Assembly: GCA_041937175.2 (NCBI GenBank)
Contig: CP166615.1
Coordinates: 3,328,001 to 3,392,000, forward strand
DNA: 64,000 nucleotides
From: Limnothrix sp. BL-A-16
Lineage (GTDB): Bacteria; Cyanobacteriota; Cyanobacteriia; CACIAM-69d
Direction of reading: 5' to 3'
The notes under the pieces: model-generated
The model's input: the letters and a program-made list of their open reading frames with translations, nothing else
Told to the model about the DNA's origin: nothing
Database searches by the model: none
In this document: positions 20,501-30,249 of the stretch, piece by piece
Layout of the letters: every line of letters begins with the position of its first letter
Numbering within the stretch: the stretch's first letter is position 1
Translations under genes and position numbers: made by a program

Positions 20501-20626
20501 CGGCCGGCAATAACTATCCAGCAAATTGGCAAAGGATTTTCGCAAATTGCCTTCATTACTCTGCCCGCCATATTGCTTGCGCTCGGCCAAATCCGCATAG
20601 TAGCGATCGATGAGCAAGCGCGACAT
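17576..20626 (-). CDS. Single-chain type ISP-like/IIG restriction-modification enzyme (nuclease, m6A MTase, specificity domain; no helicase)
   Basis: DG...GYWEAKD nuclease motif, YTPSEIV, ILDPATGTGTF, IIGNPPYN, and a C-terminal YKLGNRSAIEWVLDQ ISP-type tail. Confidence 0.88.
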   Translation of the reverse strand: MSRLLIDRYYADLAERKQYGGQSNEGNLRKSFANLLDSYCRPRNYRLVEEIATRTARGNIIKFDGVVKNALRFDLGYWEAKDTKDDLDREIAAKFEKGYPDDNILFENTEKAVLIQSGEEAFRIELADAAALDRCLNQFLDYERPEVKGFRQAIEKFREDLPQIVEVLRETIAQEETSNQQFLELRDRFWETCKTSINPQITLFDIQEILIQHILSEDIFLNVFNDAQFHRDNNIARQVQSVVDTFFTGGLRRNVLKSINHYYGIIRQRSAAISDHHEKQEFLKSVYENFYKAYNPKAADRLGIVYTPSEIVKFMIEGTDHLLEKHFNRYLSELGVKILDPATGTGTFITELIEYLSPPTLEQKYREDLFCNEVAILPYYIANLNIEYCYQQKTKNYEEFNNICFLDTLDHAGLKEEQKDLFSISVENTERIRRQNAEDLTVIIGNPPYNAWQENFNLRNPNRPYKEIDQRVKETYIKKGTAQNQIAVYDMYVRFYRWAVDRLRGQGIIAFITNRSFINSRAFDGFRKCCSEEFDYIYLIDLGGDVRENPKLSGTTHNVFGIQAGVAIAFCVKLPVEAGEKRNCRIFYIDQPEMATAKEKLRFLAESSLKLLAKSEMVRIKPDAKQNWINQTDNDFDVLLPLVDKEVKAGRGDQAIFRLFSRGVATQRDEWVYDFSREHLEQKVKYMIAAYQERLKTGKRRESLDIKWDRETEKYLGNKVQKNFSESSVRKSLYRYFCAQYLYFDRHFNGMTYQVFSLYPALESKNFLIGFMGQPEGKPFSVICTDLIPDLNCISPASGGTQCLPIYTYDRDGNRSENITDWALQQFRENYQDSQIQRLDIFHYTYAVLHHPAYRQKYEINLKRDFPRLPLYEDFWQWANWGRDLMDWHINYETIEPYPLDRTDLPPDDKANPPKLKADKAKGTIQIDRLTTLSGIPPIAWDYKLGNRSAIEWVLDQHKEKTPKDPTIRELFNTYRFADYKERAIDLIQRVCTVSIKTMEIVQQMPAESVHQPRIS

Positions 20627-20825
20627 ATCCCAATCTCCCAGCCAAAATGCGGACATCCCACCCGCAAAGATCCTGATTTTTTGTATCACATTTCAGGAAG
20701 CCGTAGTGCATGGGAGAAGGCTTGGCGCAAACCAACCCTTTTGCCTCATCTCCCCTGCACCGCAATCGATCGATCAAACCACCCCTTTCCCCAGGTCTGT
20801 TGAATCCAGAACCGTTGATTAACCC

Positions 20826-23279
20826 CTATCGATCGTTTGAGCGATCAGCGAGGGGCGATCGGGCACGGGTCATCACGCCCGTGGCTTGGCTGTTCATGCG
20901 CACGGCCCGGGCAGCGGCTTGGGACAGGGTGTTCACCTCGTGCAAAAGGCGCTCCGGGTCGAACTTTTCTCCCAGCACCACATCCACTGTCAGATTGGGA
21001 TGATCGACCAAAATCGGTGAGGCCTCGGCGCGATCGCCCAACAGCAGCACTTGCACTCGGGGCGCTTGGCGGCGCAATCCGGCCACCACTTCCCAACCAT
21101 CCATACCCGGCAGCCGCAAACTGACGATCACCACCTGGGGTTGCAACACATCCAATTGGGACAAGGCGATCGCCCCGTCTGGAGTCCAAACCACTTGGTA
21201 CCCAGCCGCCATCAGCAGCTCACAAACGGCGATCGCCCGCTCCTCCTGAGCATCAATGAGGATCACCGAGCCTGACGGCCGCCAATCTACCGGTTCTTCC
21301 ACATGGGGGACGGCGGGTTGCTCGATGGTGGGGGCTTGGGAGGGAATTCCCACCGTGAAAGTCGATCCCCGATCGGGCAAAGAATCCACCTCAATCCAAC
21401 CCTTGTGCAGATCCACTAACTGCTTGGTCAGGGCCAAGCCCAAGCCCAAGCCGTCGTAGACCCGCCCGTAGGACGGATCGAACTGGTGAAACATCTCAAA
21501 GAGTTGCGGAATCCAATCCTCAGGAATGCCGATGCCCGTGTCTTCCACTTGCAACATCAACAGGTCTTGTTCTCGCCAAACCCGCACGATCGCCTGGCCA
21601 CCCTCGGGTGTGAACTTGATCGCATTGCCCAACAGATTCCCAAGAATTTGCCGCACACGATGGCAATCGGCCGAAAAGCGATCATCCTTCGCCAAAATTT
21701 GCACTTCCAGCAGCAGTTCAACACCGCGCTCAATGGCATGGGGCCGCTCGCCATTCACCACCGAGTAAACCAATTGGGTAATTGAAAAATCGCTGACACT
21801 CAACACGGTGCGCCCGGCTTCCACCTGCGACATTTCCAGCAAGTCTTCAATTAGCTTCAGCAAATGCTCACCGCTGTCATGGATGGTTTGCAAATAGTCG
21901 CGCTGTTTTTGGTTCAGTTGCCCAAAAGACCAGCGCAACAGGGTAGCCGACAGGCCAATCACACAGGTTAGGGGGGTGCGCAGCTCGTGGCTGATGGTGG
22001 CTAAAAATTCACTCTTGGCCCGGGCGGCCGACTTGGCCGCCAGCAGGGCTTCCTGCAAAACCCGCGTTTGGGTGTTGATTTGCTGACCGAGGGTTTGTTG
22101 TTGCTGCTGCAAGGTGGCATCCAGATGGGCGGCCCGCACGGCCACAGCCAACCCCTGGGCGATTTGTTGGGCTAGGCTCACTTCTTCGGGAGTCCAAAGC
22201 CGGGCCCGATCGCACTGATGGAGCACCAAAAATCCCCATAACCCCACCGAGCCACGCATGGGAGCCAAAATCGGCACGGCCAGTTGGGCCCGCGCCGCCC
22301 GATCGCGCCCCCCATCGTTCACAATCCAGGTTTCCTGTTCCTGCGATCGCCATTGGGGTTCAAAGTCATCCACAAAGCAGCGATCGGCCCCCTCATAGAG
22401 CACCGAAGCCACCTGGTCGTCCAAACGCGCTTCATAGGTCACGCAATCGCGAGTCATTTGCCAGTTGGGATCCTCCCAAGGGGATGGCATCCCCGCCGCC
22501 TGATCCGCCTGTCGCCAGAGCCGAATGGACTGTAACCGCGCCTGAAATTGATAGATCAACGCTCGATCGACCCGTAAGCCCTGACAGAGGGTTTGCAAGG
22601 CGCGGTCAATCACCACGGGCAATTCCTGTTCCTGAACAATCCCCACCAGCAGATCAATCAGGTGGCGATCGCCCTCCCCAACCCGAGGCGCAGGGGCATT
22701 GGTTAACAAAGGAGCGGTTAGGGCCTGCGTCCAAGTGGCCAGCCATCGCACCAATACGGCCGACTGGAGCGACGCATTGGCCTTATGCCAGCCCTGGGGG
22801 ATTTTCAGCAATCCCCGTTCCTTCATCAGGGCTTGAATGGCCCGGCGATCGTCCGTCAGCCGCAGGTGATAGATCCCCGGATGGAGCGTGGTTTGATCTA
22901 AGCCCTGGCGTAGGGTTTGGTGAGTGGTGATTGCTGGATCCTCGATCGGTCCGCGGCCGCTGGCTTTGTGGCCGCGGCCCCGCCCCCGGCGCATCGATAA
23001 TTCCGGCGCTTCTGTTGCCATCCCGGTTGGATCCTCGCCCTCGCTCGATCGCTCCATGGTCAACAACCAAGCCAGTCCCGGCCCCGTCACCAGGGCAAAA
23101 GCGGGCTGTTGTCGCTTCCCGATCGTCGCGTCCCCTTCTGTAGCGATCGCCCCGGATTCCGGCAAATTGCCTAATTCCTGGAGACAATCCAACGTTGACT
23201 GCCAGAGCAGCGATCGCACCTGTTGACAGCCCTCCGCCGTCAAGGTCCATTGCAGTGATTGCGCAAACGAGCCACTCAT
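20826..23279 (-). CDS. cikA: Circadian input kinase CikA (GAF-HisKA-HATPase-pseudoreceiver)
   Basis: SHELRTPLTCVIGLSATLLRWSFG...IHDSGEHLL signature. The C-terminal receiver has Ser at the phospho-Asp position (VIVSLRLPGMDG). Confidence 0.88.
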   Translation of the reverse strand: MSGSFAQSLQWTLTAEGCQQVRSLLWQSTLDCLQELGNLPESGAIATEGDATIGKRQQPAFALVTGPGLAWLLTMERSSEGEDPTGMATEAPELSMRRGRGRGHKASGRGPIEDPAITTHQTLRQGLDQTTLHPGIYHLRLTDDRRAIQALMKERGLLKIPQGWHKANASLQSAVLVRWLATWTQALTAPLLTNAPAPRVGEGDRHLIDLLVGIVQEQELPVVIDRALQTLCQGLRVDRALIYQFQARLQSIRLWRQADQAAGMPSPWEDPNWQMTRDCVTYEARLDDQVASVLYEGADRCFVDDFEPQWRSQEQETWIVNDGGRDRAARAQLAVPILAPMRGSVGLWGFLVLHQCDRARLWTPEEVSLAQQIAQGLAVAVRAAHLDATLQQQQQTLGQQINTQTRVLQEALLAAKSAARAKSEFLATISHELRTPLTCVIGLSATLLRWSFGQLNQKQRDYLQTIHDSGEHLLKLIEDLLEMSQVEAGRTVLSVSDFSITQLVYSVVNGERPHAIERGVELLLEVQILAKDDRFSADCHRVRQILGNLLGNAIKFTPEGGQAIVRVWREQDLLMLQVEDTGIGIPEDWIPQLFEMFHQFDPSYGRVYDGLGLGLALTKQLVDLHKGWIEVDSLPDRGSTFTVGIPSQAPTIEQPAVPHVEEPVDWRPSGSVILIDAQEERAIAVCELLMAAGYQVVWTPDGAIALSQLDVLQPQVVIVSLRLPGMDGWEVVAGLRRQAPRVQVLLLGDRAEASPILVDHPNLTVDVVLGEKFDPERLLHEVNTLSQAAARAVRMNSQATGVMTRARSPLADRSNDR

Positions 23280-24423
23280 GATCGGTACGCTGGCAGACAG
23301 CGTTCTAGGGGATGGCAGAAACTCCCAAATTCAACGTAGATTTGCGTAAATTCAGGCAGCCTGTAACGGATAAACGGTTCAACCTCAATCACCAAATTCA
23401 GCCACACCATTCAGATTGTCATGACACATTTGACCGTTGTTTGAGGCGTTGACAACTGGGATCGTCCCGGCAGTGAAAGCTTAATGGCAGCCAACTGATC
23501 CAGAACTTGATTCCGGCAGATACGGGGTCAAAGTGAAACAGTGCGCTAACTCGTCCTAACTAGAGGTTTTCTCAATGGGGCTAGGGAATGAGAATTGTTT
23601 TGAAATCACTCACTCAACCCAAAGCCGCCGAAAAATACCTTTTTTCCTGGTAGCCAACACGAAATAGGGCCAAGGGCATTGACAAAAACATCAAAAGAGA
23701 ATCGCCAAACAGATGAGAAATGCCCTGTAGTCGCCTCTTTGACCAGTAGCAACGATCACGAAGCCCAATGGCGGATGGAGCCATCCCGAATCAATATTCT
23801 CTATTTGAGTAATTCTAAGATAGTCAATTTACGAGGAAATTAATCTAAAAAGTTTCTGGATTCTGATTCTGTCATTGAATCAGGCTCTTCCAAATTCAAT
23901 CCGGATCACTTAAGGAATGAAAGATTCTGAAATCATGACAAAAATTTTATTCAATAAATGGGCAATCAGTGTGACCTTTTTGAGGTTTTCCAACTAAATT
24001 TCAAGATTATTCTCAAGATCCACAAGGTTATTCATGTAGTTTTCAACAGAAGAAAGGTTCAAAACTTTTTGAAACGAAACAAAACATTACAATTAATCAC
24101 CGCAATCAATACCTGTGATCAATTTTTCAAGAAAATCTAACTCAGAAGCTCAATTAATTTCAGGTTAACGACATGATAATTGCAGATTTATTTCGTAGCA
24201 ATGGTGCATCAGAATCGGTAAATGATGCATTGATGGCGTATTAATTGCATATCAATTTCAGATTAATTTCAGATTAATTTCAGATCAACGACGCAGCCCC
24301 AACAGGGTAGCAACGTGGTAATGGCGGAGGGATGGGGGAGAAGTTGTGGAGAAATTGTGGAGAAATACGTAATTAATGCGTAATTTAGGATGGCGTTGAG
24401 GTCTTTTTGAGTTGGGTTCTTTC

Positions 24424-25182
24424 ATGGAACCAGTGGATTTGTTGTGGCTGGGAGGATTGGCGTTGGGGACAGTGGGCCTCTGCGCCAGTCAGGGCTTGGG
24501 GCTAACGCAGGCTTGGGGCCGGGCGATCGGGCGGGCCCTGTTGCAACTCACGGCGGTGGGCAGTTTGTTGGCCTTGGTTTGGGCGGCTCCGTCTCCGGGC
24601 AGCCTGGCGATCGCCCTGGGGGGATTGTGGGGGCTGGCGGTGGTTTCCGCCCACCAACAGATGGGGCAACGATGGCCCCAACTCTTGCCCTGGCTGTTGG
24701 GCGGGCTGTTGGGGGCCGGACTGGTGGCCAGTGTGCCGGTGGTGCTGTTGGTGCTGCGGCCGGGTCAGTGGTTTGAGCCTCGGGTTTGGGTTCCCGTTTG
24801 GGCTGTGGTGTTGGGGGCGGCGGCCCATGGGGCGGCGATCGCGGGGGAACAGGTGATGATGGCAGCCCGATCGCACCGCAACGACATTGAACAGCGATTG
24901 AGCTTGGGAGCCACGACCCAACAGGCGATCGCCCCCCATCGTCGCGCGGCCCTGCGATCGGCCCTTGTGCCAACCTTGAACGGGTTCACCAGTGCGGGGC
25001 TATTCACGTTGCCTGGTTTGGTGAGTGGGGCCCTGCTGGGAGGCATGGATCCCTTGACGGCCGTGTCGGTGCAGCTATTGGTGATGGTGGCGGCGGCGCT
25101 GGCTGTCTCCGTTGGTGCGCTGGTGGTGGCCTGGGGGGCTGGTCGTTTGTGTTTTGACCCGATCGCCCAACGATTGCGCTAG
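24424..25182 (+). CDS. ABC transporter permease, UPF0014 (FetB/YbbM) family
   Basis: RALLQL, IEQRLSLGAT, ALVPTLN...GLFTLPGLVSGALLGGMDPLTA. Confidence 0.88.
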   Translation: MEPVDLLWLGGLALGTVGLCASQGLGLTQAWGRAIGRALLQLTAVGSLLALVWAAPSPGSLAIALGGLWGLAVVSAHQQMGQRWPQLLPWLLGGLLGAGLVASVPVVLLVLRPGQWFEPRVWVPVWAVVLGAAAHGAAIAGEQVMMAARSHRNDIEQRLSLGATTQQAIAPHRRAALRSALVPTLNGFTSAGLFTLPGLVSGALLGGMDPLTAVSVQLLVMVAAALAVSVGALVVAWGAGRLCFDPIAQRLR

Positions 25183-25309
25183 AGCGATCGCGCTAGAACG
25201 ATCGCCCAACGATCGCGCTGGGCCGATGACGCTAGGGCGAATTGAGTCAACTTGCACCAACTTGTAACAAGGGGCGGACTACAAGGAACGGAGTTGCCCC
25301 GTGGCGTGG

Positions 25310-27739
25310 TTAACTCTTGGACGCTTCTTCCTCGGTGGCAGAAACTGCCGGAGCCGAAGCCAAATGGGGCGATCGATCATGACCATAACTCAAGCCCCGC
25401 TGAAGCTGATTAAATCGCAACTTCATCGCCAACTCCTCCTGGGGTTTGGTTTCGCGAATCTGCTTCAGGGGCAACAAAATAATAAATTCACTACCCTGAT
25501 CCGGCTCAGAGATGCAGCGGAGTTGTCCGCCATGCTGCGTAATAATTTGATGGCTAATGAATAACCCTAGCCCAGCGCCTTGACCAACGGGCTTGGTTGT
25601 GAAAAAGGGGTCAAATAATCGCGATTGAACTTGTTTGTCAATGCCTAAGCCATTGTCGGCAATGGAAATCAAAACCCAGCGGTTTAAATCCACTTTGGTG
25701 CGAATTGTGATGGTGGGTTGTAATGGAACCTTAGCGGCCTCAAAACCTGAGCCATTAGTGTCAAAGGTTTGTAATTTTGATCTCAGTTGCTCTGCAAAGG
25801 AAGCCCCTCGATTTCGCCTATTGTTGTTGGTGTTTTTGGCGTTGTTGGTATTATTACTAGTGCTAGCGGTTCCAGAACCCAGGTTGCCGACACCCGCATT
25901 CCCCAGGCTCGGTTGGCTCGTCGATTGACTGGAATTTCGGGGGGCTTTCGCAGGTGGGCCGGCGGAGGTTTTCAAGACCGGTGAACGATGGCTTTCCCCA
26001 TCCATGGGTTCTGAATTACTAAGGTCAATTTCGGTTCCCGGCTCTGCACCCAAAATGACAGGAGCAGTGGTTGAGGCGCTCGGGGCTGAGTCTGCCGGTT
26101 TGCCGTGAACTCGTTGATAGTGTTTTTTCATGGTCTCGTCGAGGGAGTCGATCGAGTTCATGAGTAAATGCATAAAAACTTGGTTGAGCTGGCGTGCATA
26201 ACACTCAACAAGGGGTAATTCGCCATAGACTCGCTCGATCGCAATCGCTGGTCGGAATGAGCGTTCTTCTAAGGCGTGGTCTAAGAGTTCGATCGTGCTG
26301 TCAATGCCCGCATGGAGATCCACCGATTTCAAATCCGATTCATCCAGGCGCGAAAAATTGCGCAGGGCATTCACAATTCGATAGATCCGATCGGCTCCAC
26401 GATCGATGGACTGAATCACCCGATCGCTATCTTCCAAAATGAATACTAAATCCATTTCTCGGCTGCGATCTAAAATTTCATCGTAGGCAACGGGATAGTA
26501 TTTTTGATATAGCCGTACTAGGTCGCAAAGATCCTGTTGATATTTTTTAAGGTGTCGCAAATTACCCTGAATAAAGCTCACGGGATTATTCACTTCATGG
26601 GCAATGCCTGCCACCATTTTGCCCAAGCTTTCCATCTTGGCGCTGTGAATCAACTGAGCCTGAGAAGCCCGCAAATCCTGAAGGATTAACTCCAGTTCCA
26701 TGATGCGAGCGCGATAGGTTTCCCGATCGAGATTTTGAGTGGCCGATTCAATTAAGGCGGCCTCCGCGCGATCGCGCTCATCCAAGTTTTGCAACGCCTG
26801 TTGCAGGGCCTGCCAAGCCAAGCTAATGAATCCCAAACTGAGCAGCACCAAAATGCCGCCAATGCTCAAGAGTCCATACAAACTATGTTGGTGCAGGGTG
26901 CGGGTGATGGTGACCCGGGCGATCGCGCTGGGCTTGCCATATACATCCACTAAGTAGCGATAACCCACCAAATTGCGCGATGAGTCAGTTACTTCGGTGC
27001 GCTGATTTCGTCTGATTTGGCCCGCAAAATCAAAGGCTCCATAGAGGGGCAAATTGTTGGAGTGGCGGCTGACCTTAATTTCCAAAGCCCCTGGCACCAG
27101 TTGGCTCAAATCTTGAAGCACGCGAGCATCCAGCCGCTGCCCCATCACAAACCAACCATCCACTTGATCCGGCTTTTGCGGATTGGGAATGCTGCAAATG
27201 GCAATGCTTAATAAGTCATTGTCAATGGCTACCACGCCCGCCAGCCGCTTTTGGTCTGGGTTTGATTGAAATCCTTTCGGCAAGGATTGCAAAAAATACG
27301 TCAGGGTTGTGGAGGGTTCATGATAGCGATCGTTGGCGGTGCTGCCGGACTGATTAGAAACTTGGCGCTCTCGGGCATAGCGAATTTTGCCATCGCGACC
27401 CACCACGGCCATGATGGTTAAATCAAAGCTTTGATAATTGGTTGGACTAAAATTATTGCGAATAAAGTCTTCATTGGGCTGCCCTAGAAACCGATGGGTT
27501 GCATCCCAATAGCCATAATCACAGGCCGATGGCAAAAGCTGGGCCGATCGCCGGTAAAGTAACCGAGTAAAGCGGTTGGTATGTTCTTCGATGGTTCTTT
27601 GTTCGAGGCTGGTGATGGTGTTCAGCAAGACACTCGCCACGCCCGTGTAAAGCAACCCTGATACCAACAAAATGGTCACCACGAGCTGCCGAAAGCCGCG
27701 TCGCACCTGCTCACCTTCAGACGAAGCTGATTTCAGCAC
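25310..27739 (-). CDS. CHASE4-domain membrane sensor histidine kinase
   Basis: Two TM segments flank a DYGYWDAT periplasmic motif. AHEVNNP, NQVFMHLL, DNGLG, FFTTKPVGQGAGLG. Confidence 0.9.
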   Translation of the reverse strand: MLKSASSEGEQVRRGFRQLVVTILLVSGLLYTGVASVLLNTITSLEQRTIEEHTNRFTRLLYRRSAQLLPSACDYGYWDATHRFLGQPNEDFIRNNFSPTNYQSFDLTIMAVVGRDGKIRYARERQVSNQSGSTANDRYHEPSTTLTYFLQSLPKGFQSNPDQKRLAGVVAIDNDLLSIAICSIPNPQKPDQVDGWFVMGQRLDARVLQDLSQLVPGALEIKVSRHSNNLPLYGAFDFAGQIRRNQRTEVTDSSRNLVGYRYLVDVYGKPSAIARVTITRTLHQHSLYGLLSIGGILVLLSLGFISLAWQALQQALQNLDERDRAEAALIESATQNLDRETYRARIMELELILQDLRASQAQLIHSAKMESLGKMVAGIAHEVNNPVSFIQGNLRHLKKYQQDLCDLVRLYQKYYPVAYDEILDRSREMDLVFILEDSDRVIQSIDRGADRIYRIVNALRNFSRLDESDLKSVDLHAGIDSTIELLDHALEERSFRPAIAIERVYGELPLVECYARQLNQVFMHLLMNSIDSLDETMKKHYQRVHGKPADSAPSASTTAPVILGAEPGTEIDLSNSEPMDGESHRSPVLKTSAGPPAKAPRNSSQSTSQPSLGNAGVGNLGSGTASTSNNTNNAKNTNNNRRNRGASFAEQLRSKLQTFDTNGSGFEAAKVPLQPTITIRTKVDLNRWVLISIADNGLGIDKQVQSRLFDPFFTTKPVGQGAGLGLFISHQIITQHGGQLRCISEPDQGSEFIILLPLKQIRETKPQEELAMKLRFNQLQRGLSYGHDRSPHLASAPAVSATEEEASKS

Positions 27740-28207
27740 AGAACTGCCTCAAGATCCTTTTCCATCTTTCCTTCAGAGTTATCACAAATAGAGGGGTCGC
27801 AACTTCAATTATTGTTAAATTTTTTCCTCTGGGATCCAACTTAGATAACTTTCTTTCGGGTTAACTCATTTTTGAATTAATGATCAATATCTTTGGGAGC
27901 AAACTGCCAGGTAGATTGGCCAGCCGGTGGGTGGGCATTGGGGCGGCCACCACTCAGACCCAGCTGGCGGCCAGGGCGGAAAATTAGCCCCGATTCCGAT
28001 TGGCCCCATGCGGTCTCAGGGGTGCGCAAGTGCAAGAAAAGTCCGTAGGATCGCCGGAATCTGGGGCATTAAAGATCAGCAAAGGTTCATGGTTGAACCC
28101 TTGCTTTTGCGATCGGGAATTCTATTTCTTAGCCCTAAAATTCTGCTTCAAGAATGGCACTTTGGCGTAGCACCTCCGTGGCACAGGGTTGCCAAAGATG
28201 TGACTTT

Positions 28208-29884
28208 TTAGACCTCCAAAGGTAGGGGTAGGGGTTGCAAAGTCTGAATGCCGTGAAGAATCAGGCCATATTCGATCGCCTCCACAACCGCTTGATAGGA
28301 AGCTTCCAAAATGTTGCCGGAGACCCCCACGGTTGTCCAACGCTGGTGGCCGTCACTGGATTCCACCAGAACTCTGGTTTTGGCGGATGTGCCCGCGCCG
28401 CCATCCAAAATTCGCACCTTGTAATCGGTGAGGTGGAACTGAGCCACCACCGGATAAAACTGCACCAGCGCTCGCCGCAGGGCCGCATCCATGGCCGCCA
28501 CGGGGCCGTTACCTTCGGCCACTTCCAGCAGGGTGCGATCGCCCACGGTGACCTTGACGGTGGCCAAGGATTCCCGATCGCTCGGTTCACCAAAGTCGTA
28601 GTGAACGCGGCAATCTTTCAGGACAAAAAAGCTCGATCGCTGGCCGAGGGCCGTTCGCATCAACAGGTCAAAACTGGCTTCGGCGGCCTCGAACTGATAG
28701 CCCTGATTTTCCAAGGTTTTGAGGGTTTGCAAAATCTGCCGACAGGCGGGGTCCTGTTTGTCGAGATCTAAGCCAAAGGAGCGGGCTTTGGCCAACACAT
28801 TGCTCAAACCCGATTGATCGGAAATGACGATCCGGCGCTGGTTTCCCACCCGATCGGGCGAGATATGTTCATAGGTTTGAGGATTGCGTTCCACGGCGCT
28901 GACATGGATCCCGCCCTTGTGGGCAAAGGCGGACAGACCCACATAGGGTGCGCGATCGTCCGGAGCCAAGTTCGCCACTTCACTGACAAAGCGACTGGTG
29001 GCCGTCAACTCCGCCAACTGGGCGGCAGGAATGCAGTTCAGCCCCAGTTTCAACTGCAAATTAGGAATCAGGGTGCAAAGGTTGGCGTTGCCGCAGCGCT
29101 CACCATAGCCATTGATCGTGCCTTGCACCATCCTTGCGCCACTTTGGACTGCGGCGATCGCGTTGGCCACCGCCGTGCCGGAATCGTTGTGGGTGTGAAT
29201 TCCCAACTGGGCCGCAGGCAGCCATTCCCGCACCTCAGCCACAATCCGAGCCACCTCGTGGGGGAGTGTGCCGCCATTGGTGTCGCAGAGGGCCAACCAA
29301 TCGGCCCCGGCCTCATGGGCTGCTTTGAGGGTGGCGATCGCATAGTCAGGATTCGCCAAATAGCCATCAAACCAATGTTCCGCGTCGTAGATCACCTGTC
29401 GCCCTTGGCTGATCAAAAAGGCGATCGAGTCGCGGATCATGGCGATGTTTTCATCGAGGGTGGTTTTGAGGCCCTCGGTCACATGCAAGTCCCAAGATTT
29501 CCCAAAAAGGGCTACCCAACGTGTCCCAGCGGCCAAAATCGGCTTCAGGAGCGGATCTTCCTCGGCGCTCATGCCCGGCCGGCGGGTGGAGCAAAAGGCC
29601 ACCACCTCGGAAAATTCCAGCGGCTCTTCCTGCAGTTGCCAAAAAAACTGCACATCCTTGGGATTCGCCCCGGGCCAACCCCCTTCAATAAAAGGAATTC
29701 GCAGGCGATCGAGTTTGCGGGCAATCCGTAGCTTGTCCTCAATGGAAAATGAGAGACCTTCCGACTGGGCCCCATCCCGCAACGTGGTGTCATAGAGCCA
29801 CAGTTGAGGACTCGCCTGGTGAGAACTGGGCTGGGCGGGGCCGTTGCTGGGTGCAGCATCCGGCGCGGGGGCGGAGAAAACCAT
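28208..29884 (-). CDS. cimA: Citramalate synthase
   Basis: YDTTLRDGAQ, IEGGWPGANPKD, FGKSWDLHV, HTHND, GYGERCGN. Confidence 0.95.
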   Translation of the reverse strand: MVFSAPAPDAAPSNGPAQPSSHQASPQLWLYDTTLRDGAQSEGLSFSIEDKLRIARKLDRLRIPFIEGGWPGANPKDVQFFWQLQEEPLEFSEVVAFCSTRRPGMSAEEDPLLKPILAAGTRWVALFGKSWDLHVTEGLKTTLDENIAMIRDSIAFLISQGRQVIYDAEHWFDGYLANPDYAIATLKAAHEAGADWLALCDTNGGTLPHEVARIVAEVREWLPAAQLGIHTHNDSGTAVANAIAAVQSGARMVQGTINGYGERCGNANLCTLIPNLQLKLGLNCIPAAQLAELTATSRFVSEVANLAPDDRAPYVGLSAFAHKGGIHVSAVERNPQTYEHISPDRVGNQRRIVISDQSGLSNVLAKARSFGLDLDKQDPACRQILQTLKTLENQGYQFEAAEASFDLLMRTALGQRSSFFVLKDCRVHYDFGEPSDRESLATVKVTVGDRTLLEVAEGNGPVAAMDAALRRALVQFYPVVAQFHLTDYKVRILDGGAGTSAKTRVLVESSDGHQRWTTVGVSGNILEASYQAVVEAIEYGLILHGIQTLQPLPLPLEV

Positions 29885-30100
29885 GGTTGCAGTGCCTAAA
29901 CCGATCGCCTATCAAGGGCCTAGTAAATGGCCGATCAACTGAATCGCCTATTCCCGATCGCTAATCGCCCATTAACTCAATAGGAACGATGCGAAGAGGC
30001 ATGAAATAGCGCCAGTGGTGCTATTATCGCGCCTTTTCTGGGGCATTGCGAGGGAAGTTTTTAGAGGGTTCTAACCAAGGTTCTAACCCCGGCTTTCATC

Positions 30101-30249
30101 AGGATGTCTGAGCAGCCAAAATTGCGATCTCGTAGGCCTCATTGATCAATGCCTGTGGGATTCATTGATCGATCACAACAAGGGGCTTAAGCCCCTTGCC
30201 CCGACGACTGGTGCTTTGCAAGTACCCTAAGTTACTGCTCAGAGATTTC
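30101..30249 (+). mobile_element. Diverged MITE family A copy
   Basis: AGGATGTCTGAGCAGCCAAAATTGC...ACAAGGGGCTTAAGCCCCTTG...CTGCTCAGAGATTTC followed by TTA, which is the stop codon of the adjacent gene. Confidence 0.7.

Noticed and set aside
15081..20626. Genomic island integrated at tRNA-Gly
   Set aside because: No integrase or repeated tRNA 3' end seen, and the core gene ribD follows closely.
23958..24140. 60-aa ORF in the AT-rich intergenic region
   Set aside because: No RBS or motif. Length is compatible with chance.
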